Assembly (NCBI GenBank): GCA_963758255.1
Contig: CAVWUX010000010.1
Span: 19,797-83,796 of the forward strand
DNA from: an uncultured Acidobacteriaceae bacterium
GTDB lineage: Bacteria; Acidobacteriota; Terriglobia; Terriglobales; Acidobacteriaceae
Direction of reading: 5' to 3'
Length of the DNA stretch: 64,000 nucleotides
Shown: positions 8,766-17,600 of the stretch, piece by piece
Position numbering within the stretch: the first letter of the stretch is position 1
How the letters are laid out: each line of letters starts with the position of its first letter
The notes under the pieces: generated by a model
The model's input: the letters and a program-made list of their open reading frames with translations, nothing else
Told to the model about the DNA's origin: nothing
Database searches by the model: none
Made by a program: the position numbers and the translations under genes

Positions 8766-10634
8766 ATGTGCGGCATCGTGGGTTACGTGGGCAAGAAACG
8801 GGTCGTCCCTGTCATCATAGACGGTCTGCGCCGGTTGGAATATCGCGGTTACGACTCGGCCGGAATTGCCGTCGCGGGCAACGGCGAAGGCCTGCAGGTG
8901 CGTCGGGCGGAAGGTAAGCTGCGCAACCTGGAAGATGTCATCCAGCTCAAGCCGCTCGATGGAACCTACGGCATCGGCCACACCCGCTGGGCCACTCACG
9001 GTCGCCCCACTGAAGAGAATGCCCATCCCCATCGCGACTGCACCGGCAAGATCGTCGTAGTCCACAACGGCATCGTTGAAAACTACATGATCTTGAAGAA
9101 GAAACTTATCGAAGCTGGACACAAGTTCCGCACCGAGACTGACACTGAAGTCATCGCCCATCTCATTGAGAAGAGCCTGGCAGATGCCGATCATAAGATC
9201 CCGCTGGAGCAAGCGGTGCGTGACACGGTTAAGCAACTGACCGGCGTCTTCGCCATCGCGGTGATCTATTCCGATGAGCCGAACAAGATCGTCGCCGGGC
9301 GTAACGGCCCACCAGCCGTGATTGGATTGGGTGATAACGAGTATTTCGTAGCCAGCGACGTGCCCGCAATTCTCTATCACACCCGCGACCTGTTCTTCCT
9401 CGGCGACGGCGATCTGGCCGTGATCACCCCTGCTGGTGTGCAGTTGACCGACTTTGACGGCCATCCCATCTCGCGTCAGGTCCAGCACATCACCTGGGAC
9501 CCCATCATGGCCGAAAAGGGCGGCTTCAAGCACTTCATGCTCAAGGAGATCTTTGAGCAGCCCCGCGCTGTGCGCGATACCACTCTGGGGCGCGTCTCTC
9601 TCGATTCCGGCAAAGTCTTCCTCGACGAGATGGACATCACCGAGCAGGACCTACGAAATCTCCAGCGTGTCTACATCGCCGCCTGCGGTACCAGTTGGCA
9701 CGCCGGCCTTGCCGCCAAGTTCATGATTGAGCGCCTGGCAAAAGTCACCGTCGAAGTCGACTATGCCAGTGAGTTCCGCTACCGCGATCCGCTGACCGGT
9801 CCCGCTGATCTCACCATATTGATCACCCAGTCGGGCGAAACCGCCGACACCATCGCCGCCATGCGGGAGTCGCGGGCCAAAGGTTCGAAAACGCTGGGCG
9901 TCTGCAACGTGGTTGGCTCGATGATCGCCCGCGAATCCAATGGCACGATCTACACCCACGCCGGGCCTGAGATCGGAGTCGCTTCCACCAAAGCTTTCAC
10001 CGCGCAACTGACCGCGCTGTTTCTATTCGCCGTATACCTGGGCGAAGTTCGAGGAACAATCACTACTGCCGAGGCCAAGAAGCTGCTGACCGAACTCACG
10101 TTGATCCCCGGCAAGCTCGAGTCCCTGTTAGGCGGCGACGACGAGACCGAGGAGTTGGCCAAACGCTACCACCGGGCACAGGATTTCCTCTATCTGGGAC
10201 GCGGCATTCACTATCCGATCGCGCTCGAGGGCGCGCTCAAGATGAAGGAAATCTCCTACATCCACGCGGAGGGCTATCCCGCGGGCGAAATGAAGCACGG
10301 CCCCAACGCCCTGATCGACGAGGATCTGCCCGTCGTCATCATGGCTACCCGTGACCTCAATGACCCCAGCTCGGTTCAGCGTTACGAGAAGACGATCTCC
10401 AATCTGAAGGAAGTAAAAGCGCGGTCGGGAACTGTGATTGCCGTGGCCACCGAAGGCGACGAGGAGATCAAGGAATCCGCGGACCATGTCCTCTATGTTC
10501 CGGACGCACCCGAATTGCTGGCTCCAATTCTGGAGGTCGTCCCGCTGCAACTGTTGGCGTACCACATCGCAGTTCGACGAGGATGCGATGTTGACCAGCC
10601 TCGCAACCTGGCAAAATCCGTGACTGTCGAGTAG
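8766..10634 (+). CDS. glmS: Glutamine--fructose-6-phosphate aminotransferase (isomerising)
   Basis: Ntn-Cys N-terminus MCGIVGY, two SIS domains, C-terminal ..LAKSVTVE. The ATG at 8766 is preceded by GGAG. The ORF-track start 8685 is an upstream extension. Confidence 0.95.
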   Translation: MCGIVGYVGKKRVVPVIIDGLRRLEYRGYDSAGIAVAGNGEGLQVRRAEGKLRNLEDVIQLKPLDGTYGIGHTRWATHGRPTEENAHPHRDCTGKIVVVHNGIVENYMILKKKLIEAGHKFRTETDTEVIAHLIEKSLADADHKIPLEQAVRDTVKQLTGVFAIAVIYSDEPNKIVAGRNGPPAVIGLGDNEYFVASDVPAILYHTRDLFFLGDGDLAVITPAGVQLTDFDGHPISRQVQHITWDPIMAEKGGFKHFMLKEIFEQPRAVRDTTLGRVSLDSGKVFLDEMDITEQDLRNLQRVYIAACGTSWHAGLAAKFMIERLAKVTVEVDYASEFRYRDPLTGPADLTILITQSGETADTIAAMRESRAKGSKTLGVCNVVGSMIARESNGTIYTHAGPEIGVASTKAFTAQLTALFLFAVYLGEVRGTITTAEAKKLLTELTLIPGKLESLLGGDDETEELAKRYHRAQDFLYLGRGIHYPIALEGALKMKEISYIHAEGYPAGEMKHGPNALIDEDLPVVIMATRDLNDPSSVQRYEKTISNLKEVKARSGTVIAVATEGDEEIKESADHVLYVPDAPELLAPILEVVPLQLLAYHIAVRRGCDVDQPRNLAKSVTVE

Positions 10635-10661
10635 ATCGGCGAACGCGAGCGGCACGCGCGA

Positions 10662-11483
10662 GTGACGCTAATTGCCCGGCACCCGCATCTAAGTAACGTG
10701 AGCGATCCCAATCCAGTAGTGTCTCCGGCTGTGGAATCCAGCGCACCCGCCCGCCAACCGGCCGAGAGAAAGCTGTTGTCGGCGCGCCTGGCGCGTTCCC
10801 TCCTGCTCTCGGAGCAGACCAAGCACCTCGAGTTCGCGGTCGAAGGAGTGGATGAGTTCAACTTCACCCCCGGCCAGTTTGTTTCGATCCAGCAGCCGAA
10901 GCCTGACGGCAAGACCCACACCCGGGCGTACTCTCTCGCCTCGACCCCTCGTCACGGGGCGCAATTCGACCTGTGCCTGAATCGCGTGGAGCAGGGGTTC
11001 CTGTCGAACTGGCTGTGCGATCTGGAAGAGGGCGCAACCGTCCAGTTCCACGGGCCCCACGGGATGTTCACGCTCCGTGAACCCCGTCACAATGCCGTGT
11101 TCATCGCCACCGGCACGGGGATCGCGCCGTTTCGGGGCATCGTGCATTGGCTCTTTGAGCAACCCGACCGCCATCACGGGCACGAATATTGGCTGGTCTA
11201 CGGAACCCGCTACCAAGACGGTCTCTACTACGCCGACGAGTTTCGCGCTATCGAGCAGGCGCATCCTAACTTCCACTACCTACCGACCCTGAGCCGAGGC
11301 GATGGCGAATGGCAGGGGCTGCGCGGATACGTTCAGGACCACGTGCGCGAGATCGTGGCCGGCCGCACTGACCTGCGGGCCTACATCTGCGGGTTGCACC
11401 AGATGGTGGACGCCAATCGCAAGCTGCTCAAAGAAGAGCTGGGCTGGGACCGCAAGCAGATCGTCTTCGAGCGGTATGACTGA
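10662..11483 (+). CDS. FAD/NAD(P)-binding oxidoreductase, ferredoxin-NADP reductase-like
   Basis: RxYS FAD motif (RAYSLAS) and GTGIAPF NAD(P) motif. Exact start uncertain. Confidence 0.75.
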   Translation: MTLIARHPHLSNVSDPNPVVSPAVESSAPARQPAERKLLSARLARSLLLSEQTKHLEFAVEGVDEFNFTPGQFVSIQQPKPDGKTHTRAYSLASTPRHGAQFDLCLNRVEQGFLSNWLCDLEEGATVQFHGPHGMFTLREPRHNAVFIATGTGIAPFRGIVHWLFEQPDRHHGHEYWLVYGTRYQDGLYYADEFRAIEQAHPNFHYLPTLSRGDGEWQGLRGYVQDHVREIVAGRTDLRAYICGLHQMVDANRKLLKEELGWDRKQIVFERYD

Positions 11484-11560
11484 TCCCGCAGCTAGCTGAG
11501 TTACCCTGGGGTGCTCCTCTCCGGAAGCAGAACCGAACTGCGGCTTTTTGGACACACGGT

Positions 11561-11596
11561 GTGGCAAATCTGCGAATTTGCCACATCTTTCTTTTT
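11561..11596 (+). terminator. Hairpin GTGGCAAAT-N6-ATTTGCCAC followed by a T-rich tract
   Basis: Perfect 9-bp inverted repeat (11561-11584), then ATCTTTCTTTTT, 78 nt after the preceding stop codon. The stem is AT-rich, so it could also be a protein-binding palindrome. Confidence 0.4.
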
Positions 11597-12177
11597 CACG
11601 TGATGTTTAGAATCAGTGGTTTAGCCGGAAATTGTTCGCAAGTGATTGATAAATATGTAGGTTATACGTATCCATTTCCTGGGCGTGGGAGTTAGGTGGC
11701 ACGATGTTCGTCTTTCGTTCGCCTATTGGTCAGGGGGGTGGGGAGAGCGGTGTCCGGGTCCACTGCCCCAGTGACGGATCGCTCTGCACACTTTTTCATG
11801 TCCGATGAGGGGTTGCGCGGGTTTGCAAAGATCAAGCAGGGTCCGCGGCCTGGGCGCGGAGCGGGCAAGGCGCACCAATCCCTTGCTTCACGATTCACTT
11901 TCTACACTGCAGTAAACCGAGCGCGAAAGGACGTGGGACACATGACGGTGTGATAAGGCATGGCTGATGAAAATGCGGCAACTGCGGATCATAGGAAACG
12001 CCGGAGCCGAGTGGGCACGGAAACAGTCTGGTTCTCAATTGCCGAAGGCAATTGTGGGCCACCAGCGAGTGGCTCGCGATACGGAAAGAATCCGTCGCGG
12101 GCTGCGGCGTCGCGATGCCGGCTGTCACTCGACGGGGCCACCTTGCGGCTATACCAGTGTTTTGTGAAAATTTCCAC

Positions 12178-12205
12178 TTGACTTGAATCGAAACGGTACT
12201 AGTCT
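12178..12205 (+). promoter_or_regulatory. Sigma70-like promoter candidate TTGACT-N16-TAGTCT
   Basis: TTGACT at 12178-12183 and TAGTCT at 12200-12205. Immediately preceded by the near-palindrome GTGAAAATTTCCAC (12164-12177). About 300 nt upstream of the Crp-like gene. Confidence 0.3.
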
Positions 12206-12503
12206 GTCAGCAGTACCTGGGACTTCGGTGCGCCCTTCGTCCAGTGCCGGCAGGCTCTTCGGCGCCGCACTCGGCCTTCTTGATTGGTTCCTTGCTTTGG
12301 CCACGATGTATACGATCGTCGGGAACGGCCGATTTGCCGAGAATCAGCTTCTTCCCGTCCGCGCTGAGTAAATCTTTGGCGATATGTGTGGCCTAGCGCG
12401 TGTGGGCGAGCGCCAGGGAACTCCATTCATTCCCCGCCCGTCGAATGTGTCACCCGACCATATTCCTTGGCAAACGAAAACGGTTTCGTGACAGAGTCGG
12501 AAT

Positions 12504-13334
12504 TTGAGCACAAGGAATCGCGTCCTTCCGGATAGTTGTGGCACTCGCAACCATGGGAAGCCATTGAAGTACGAACCTATACAACTTTCCGATGCGGCTC
12601 GGAATCATCTCTTGTGCGCGCTATCGCTTGCCGAACTGGGGCGTCTACTGCCGCATTTTCAGCGTGTGACATGTTCCCTCGGCCAGATCGTTTACGAACC
12701 GGGCGAGCGCATCGAGTATTGTTACTTTCCAACCGACTGCGTCGTGTCGCTGGTGTACACCATGCGAGATGGCACGACTGCGGAAATGGGCCTGGTGGGA
12801 AATGAAGGTGTCCTCGGTGTCGCGCTATTTCTAGGAGGCGAATCTACCTGCAGCCGGGCTCTGGTACCGATCGCCGGGGAAGCACTCCAGTTGCCGGCCA
12901 AGCTGTTGCAGGAAGAGTTCGCGCGCGGCGGGCCGCTGCAGCGCTTGCTACTGCGCTACACACTAACGCTCATCACCCAGATTTCTCAAACCGCCGTCTG
13001 TAACCGCTTGCATTCCGTGGAGCAGCGGCTCTGCCGTTGGCTGCTCCTGTGCCATGACCGGAAGAATCGTACGGAATTACCCATGACCCAGGAACTCATT
13101 GCCAACATGCTCGGGGGACGTCGCGAGAGCGTAACCGTAGCCGCCGGACATCTGCAGGACGCCGGGCTGATTCATTACTGCCGCGGTCATATCACGATAC
13201 TGGATCGGGTTGGCCTCGAGGCGGCCGCCTGTGAATGCTATTGCGCCGTGGAAAATGAAGCCGACCGTCTGATCGGCAGGAAGCGGAAACCCGAATCTAG
13301 CAACCCCGAGGCAGCTTTTGAAGTAGCCGGCTAA
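12504..13334 (+). CDS. Crp/Fnr-family transcriptional regulator
   Basis: Cyclic-nucleotide-binding-like beta-roll region (YEPGERIEYCYFPTDCVVSL..GNEGVLG). C-terminal HTH (TQELIANMLGGRRESVTVAAGHLQDAGLI). Confidence 0.85.
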   Translation: MSTRNRVLPDSCGTRNHGKPLKYEPIQLSDAARNHLLCALSLAELGRLLPHFQRVTCSLGQIVYEPGERIEYCYFPTDCVVSLVYTMRDGTTAEMGLVGNEGVLGVALFLGGESTCSRALVPIAGEALQLPAKLLQEEFARGGPLQRLLLRYTLTLITQISQTAVCNRLHSVEQRLCRWLLLCHDRKNRTELPMTQELIANMLGGRRESVTVAAGHLQDAGLIHYCRGHITILDRVGLEAAACECYCAVENEADRLIGRKRKPESSNPEAAFEVAG

Positions 13335-13695
13335 CAAAGAAACGTAGCTGATCAAAATTGTCAGGCCGCGTCAGGTAGACGTTGCTCCCGACTGCCACCT
13401 CCGAACCCTCATCGAGACTGGCCACGCTGAAGATGACAACCGGAACATCTTCGCCCAGTCCAGCGCGTTCGCGGATTCGCCTTGCGATTGCAACCGTAAG
13501 AAGAGGATTCAGTCCCAGACTGAAGAGAATCAGATCAGGACTCTGGAGACCGGCCTTCAAGACCGCTTCTTCCTCATCTCTGGCCGTACTTACCCGGTAG
13601 CCACTGGATGTGAGTAGTCGCTCTACGCCATGGCGGGTCTCTTCCACATCCTCAACCACCAGGATGACCGAGCGGCACTCTTGATTGGATGTCAC
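13297..13695 (-). CDS. Stand-alone receiver-like protein lacking the phospho-acceptor Asp (pseudo-receiver)
   Basis: REC fold motifs (ILVVEDVEE, VPVVIFSV), but the beta3 position reads PDLILFSLGL (Asp replaced by Ser) and the conserved Lys is replaced (YLTRP). The 3' end overlaps the Crp-like gene by 38 nt, convergently. Confidence 0.75.
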   Translation of the reverse strand: MTSNQECRSVILVVEDVEETRHGVERLLTSSGYRVSTARDEEEAVLKAGLQSPDLILFSLGLNPLLTVAIARRIRERAGLGEDVPVVIFSVASLDEGSEVAVGSNVYLTRPDNFDQLRFFVSRLLQKLPRGC

Positions 13696-13972
13696 GGTTT
13701 GAGCTATGAGCGAACATCACTTTTCTACCAGAGTCATTCTTGGCCGTCTGTGCGCTGAACTACAAAGCTTCTGTCCCGAAGTGCACGGGTGTTGAAGCTA
13801 CGAACGAGCAGGCGAGATGTGACAATTTCTTGCGCTATGTGCGCTACCGCACCGACGCCCGTCCGCGTTTGCCCTCATGCTGCTTTCGAACAACGCGCCG
13901 CGACTCGACTCGCTCGCGAGTGAATCCAACGCTTGCGGCCCAGTTGCCAGGCATTAAGTTCGGAGGGATGTT

Positions 13973-16297
13973 ATGAGTGATGTGATCTCGTATGAAGACG
14001 CAGTCAGCCGGTTAGCCTCGCAGTCCGGTGCGGTTGGGCAACTCGCCCAGGACGCTGGCGCATTCGCGGCGGCTGTCGCTGCCTTTGAGGCAAGAGATGC
14101 AGACGCTTATCGCTGGGTGCTGGATCGGGTCGAGATGCTCCCCTATTGCGAATTGATCTGTGAGTGGGTGCGCGTCAAATTGGGGGTCTTGCGCTGCTAC
14201 GAGTTGTGTGGCGTGCCGCAGGAAAAGGTGCCAATTCCCGATCTGCAGCAGTTCGCCGCTGCGGTGGTACAACTCGCGTCAAATGAAAAACTGCTGCGCC
14301 AGGTTGTGGATGCGGTGGCCTGCGGTAATGGAGACGAATACCGAGCTGCCATCGCCGAACTCAAGCTCACTGAGTTCTGTTATCTGCTGTGTCATTGGGT
14401 CTACTTGATCATCTACCGCCGGGTTTGTGAGGTTATCTGCTCGCCTGAACGCATCCGCCTTGAAGATGCGGTGAGCGAGGTACAGGCCGCCAGCAAGGTC
14501 GTCGCCAGCCTGTTGGCCAATGAGAAAGCCATTGCCGTCATCGGCAAGGCCGCAATCAACCTCGACTGCCTGGTCATACGGTCCCAGATTGATGAGATCG
14601 GTTTTCGGCCATTCTGCGAGATCATCTGCTGGCTGATTTGTACTTGGCGGTGTGCGTGGGTCTGCCGGGAACTGTGCCTGATTCGCCCGCCGATTCTCAC
14701 CGGGGTCGATGCGATTGAGGAAGCGCGGACCTTCGCGTTGGCAACCCGGCAGTTCGCAGGCAAGCCTCGCGGGCTGACGGACTTGGTGACCGCGGTTGCG
14801 AGTCGGGACGCACAAGCTTACAGCGCGATCATTGACCGCTGGGGTCTCGGCCCGTACTGCTGGCAGGTGTGCGGGTGGATCTGCTGGGCCATCTGCCGCG
14901 AGTTCTGCATCTGCATTTGTCCGCCGCCGGTGCGTCGCCCATGGTTTGTCACCGTAGGCAATTTCGACATCTACACGCAGATTGATCCCGGCACGGGACG
15001 AACCAACACGAGTCTTGCACCCACCATCAACATGCCCTGGGGCGGCGGACCTAACTTCGCCTTCTTCAACGAGTTGAAGCTAGGCGGCTTCTGTCCCGCC
15101 GACTCGCCGACGTCACCGGGCATGCCGATGCGTTATCGCTTCCTCTACGCGAAGGACAAGACCACATTGTCCGGTGCAATAACGGCTGCCCAGGGTTCGA
15201 TCGATGTAACCAGTGCGGGCGCACCGGCTCCGCCCTTCAATATTTCGGTCTGCGTAGACGGACAAAGCGGCGAGACGATGACTGTGACCGGCGTTTCAGG
15301 TACCCACTGGACCGTCACACGCGGTCAGGATGGCACGACGGCGGCCGCCGCTGCCGCGGGAGCCGAGGTGTGGATTGACCCGAAGCCGATCACCGGTCCC
15401 CTCGTCGGCTCTGAGCTCCTGGTCGGGCAACGATTCATCTCCTGGCCGCAGAACACTGCCGGCGTCGCTGGGCCCGGGTTCGATCCGAACACGTTCGAAC
15501 CAATCTATGTAGGTTACGGTACCGACCCACTTCCACCAGCGCTGGGAACGACGTACTATAGCCCGAAACACTACATCAGCCCAGATATCACCACCGGCTG
15601 GATTGAAGTCGACCCAAACAGTCTCGCTGGAGCCTTCTTTGACCTACTTAACTTCGATTCGGCACAGGTCGTGGCCGGCGGCTGCCCGCCACTTCCCAAC
15701 CCCGATCCCCACCCATGCTTGAATGACATGCACTCGCCAGGTGGCGCGCCGGCTGGCAGTGCCGTGACAGGCGCCGGCCAAGGAGCCGGCACGGACTTGG
15801 CGATTATTTTCCAAGCCACTCGCGTCGGCGTTAGCTCTATCGATTACTCCAATTCCCTCTGCAAGATCCACATCAACAACTGGGTTGAGGTGAACAACCT
15901 GTGGATACAGGAATTCAATGGCCCAAGCACATGCTGTACGCCGATTGACACAACCCTCAGCGTGCAATTCACCGTGGACCACGAAGAGATGGACGCGGGT
16001 GGGTGGACCCTGGAAATCCTAAGTTGCAGCGGGTCCGCGCCGGGCGTCATTACACCGACGGCTTCCAGCCTCGGCCCGCCCCCGGTCACTGTGTCTTCTC
16101 GCGGCGGTTGGGGAACTATCGTTGAGAACACGACCGGCTGGACCAACTGCTCCTATCAGGTGTGGCTCATAACCAGACCCGGGCTCACAACTGGCCTGCA
16201 CGATCGGCATGAGGAAGATAATCTTTTGACCTTCTGTATCTGTGGACACGGAGGCCTTACGGCGCCGGCCGCCGCGGTACAGGCAAAGAAGCGCTAA
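13973..16297 (+). CDS. Cysteine-ladder repeat protein, 774 aa, no recognised family
   Basis: Long uninterrupted ORF with a GGAGGG SD 6 nt upstream. Contains four ~80-aa repeats ending in Cx3C-periodic helices. The C-terminal 450 aa are Gly/Pro/Thr-rich. No signal peptide. Confidence 0.85.
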   Translation: MSDVISYEDAVSRLASQSGAVGQLAQDAGAFAAAVAAFEARDADAYRWVLDRVEMLPYCELICEWVRVKLGVLRCYELCGVPQEKVPIPDLQQFAAAVVQLASNEKLLRQVVDAVACGNGDEYRAAIAELKLTEFCYLLCHWVYLIIYRRVCEVICSPERIRLEDAVSEVQAASKVVASLLANEKAIAVIGKAAINLDCLVIRSQIDEIGFRPFCEIICWLICTWRCAWVCRELCLIRPPILTGVDAIEEARTFALATRQFAGKPRGLTDLVTAVASRDAQAYSAIIDRWGLGPYCWQVCGWICWAICREFCICICPPPVRRPWFVTVGNFDIYTQIDPGTGRTNTSLAPTINMPWGGGPNFAFFNELKLGGFCPADSPTSPGMPMRYRFLYAKDKTTLSGAITAAQGSIDVTSAGAPAPPFNISVCVDGQSGETMTVTGVSGTHWTVTRGQDGTTAAAAAAGAEVWIDPKPITGPLVGSELLVGQRFISWPQNTAGVAGPGFDPNTFEPIYVGYGTDPLPPALGTTYYSPKHYISPDITTGWIEVDPNSLAGAFFDLLNFDSAQVVAGGCPPLPNPDPHPCLNDMHSPGGAPAGSAVTGAGQGAGTDLAIIFQATRVGVSSIDYSNSLCKIHINNWVEVNNLWIQEFNGPSTCCTPIDTTLSVQFTVDHEEMDAGGWTLEILSCSGSAPGVITPTASSLGPPPVTVSSRGGWGTIVENTTGWTNCSYQVWLITRPGLTTGLHDRHEEDNLLTFCICGHGGLTAPAAAVQAKKR

Positions 16298-16701
16298 TGT
16301 GGAGGTTCGTTCTGGCCGTTCTCGCAACCTGGCGGGTGACACACCTGCTGGCGAGCGAGGACGGCCCGGCCGACATCATCGTTCGATTTCGTGCGTTGTT
16401 GGGCCGGAGCATCATCGGCAAGCTGATGGACTGCTTCAATTGTCTCAGCCTGTGGGTCGCAGCTCTGGCGGCTCTTTACGTTTCGCGAAAGCCTCTGGAG
16501 TGGTTATTCTGCTGGCTGGCGCTGTCCGGTGGCGCCTGCCTGCTCGAACGCTTGGGGCAGGAGCCGGTCGTGATTCAACCCATGTCGCAGCCGGCAGAGG
16601 GAGATAACAGCGATGTGTTGCGGTCAGAATCGCACGGCAATGCGGAACATTCTGGCGCAGGGGACCACACGGAGCATTCCACAATACAGCTCCGGCTATA
16701 G
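16297..16701 (+). CDS. DUF1360-like small membrane protein
   Basis: TAATG stop/start overlap with the upstream gene. Has WRVTHLLxxEDGP and CFNCLSLWVA motifs plus hydrophobic segments, as I recall for DUF1360. Confidence 0.6.
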   Translation: MWRFVLAVLATWRVTHLLASEDGPADIIVRFRALLGRSIIGKLMDCFNCLSLWVAALAALYVSRKPLEWLFCWLALSGGACLLERLGQEPVVIQPMSQPAEGDNSDVLRSESHGNAEHSGAGDHTEHSTIQLRL

Positions 16702-16990
16702 CCAGGCCCAAGCCGTTCGAACCCGGCCTTCGACGCCTCCAGCAACGCAGACAGCTTCACCACACCCGGTCGCCATCCCGCAGGGTCAAGGTGTCCGACT
16801 TCAGGCCACGACGCCGGTCTCAGCACTGCAATCTGCCATGAGTTTGCGCTATCTGGAGAAGTCGCCCATCCGAGTGCGCGGACTTGCAACCGGCATCCTC
16901 TACGAGTTTTCGGGCGCCGCCCCTATTCAGCAAGTGGACACCAGAGACGCCCCGCCACTGTTGAACACACGATTCTTCCGTCGCGCATAA
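16613..16990 (+). CDS. Small hypothetical protein starting MCCGQNR
   Basis: 125-aa ORF with a GGAGA SD 8 nt upstream. It starts 89 nt inside the preceding ORF in another frame. Pro/Thr/Gln-rich middle, ordered-looking C-terminus (IRVRGLATGILYEFSGAAPIQQVDTRDAPPLL). Confidence 0.5.
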   Translation: MCCGQNRTAMRNILAQGTTRSIPQYSSGYSQAQAVRTRPSTPPATQTASPHPVAIPQGQGVRLQATTPVSALQSAMSLRYLEKSPIRVRGLATGILYEFSGAAPIQQVDTRDAPPLLNTRFFRRA

Positions 16991-17536
16991 GGGTGCAAGA
17001 CGGATTCGCCCGATAAAGCAAATCGAATTGGCGGAACTCAGCGCTCTCGTTGCAAGCTCCAAGGCGAAGACTCCAAGGTCCTCGGCCGGTGGCCCAGCCC
17101 GCGCGGGTCAAGCAGAATCTTAACGTGGGTGGCCCATTCCGGCTTCCATTGCCGGGGTGGGTGCTTTGATTTTCGCTGACAAATGGCCACTCGCTACTGA
17201 CCAAAGGCACGGTTCATCCGTCACACTCAACCGTGATGAACTCGCTTGGTGCTTCCCGCCCCATGCGCATACACTACCAGCGGCAGGATGAGGGAGAGCT
17301 GTCGTCCCCGAAGATGGCAGCCGGACACTACCCGAGTCCCCAGTAGGTGCCTCGACCTGTGATGGGTCACGTTCGTCCTCGATGTCTCGCCCATCTGCCC
17401 GCCCACGCTCTCGCCCCGTCCGAAGTAATCCTACTTAACTCCTTTGTTAACAAGACTTTGAATATAACTCACGTGTTTGCAGGAACTTACAGCCGATCGT
17501 GCTGCAAACCCTTTGTTTTCAAGAACAGGGGTAGGG

Positions 17537-17561
17537 GGGAGGGGTACCCAAAACCCCTCCC
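17537..17561 (-). terminator. GC-rich hairpin downstream of the rpfF-like gene
   Basis: GGGAGGGGT-N7-ACCCCTCCC, a 9-bp perfect stem, 40 nt after the stop codon. No clear U-tract. Confidence 0.35.
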
Positions 17562-17600
17562 GCTCCAGAACGGGAAATGCCGTCCAAAATCGAAGCTGAC

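Noticed and set aside
11690-12180. RNase P RNA, tmRNA, cobalamin riboswitch or group II intron in the 1-kb non-coding interval
   Set aside because: The RNase P GAGGAAAGUCC box is absent on both strands. There is no tmRNA-like GGGGCUGAU 5' end or tRNA-like 3' end, no clear B12 box, and no GUGYG 5' end, domain V or RT ORF. The region is kept only as an unexplained structured interval.
13740-13760. TTGGCCGTCTGTGCGCT as a sigma54 promoter for the Cys-ladder operon
   Set aside because: The GG/GC spacing can be forced, but the -12 element reads GCGC rather than TTGC/TGCA. It is too weak to report as a feature.
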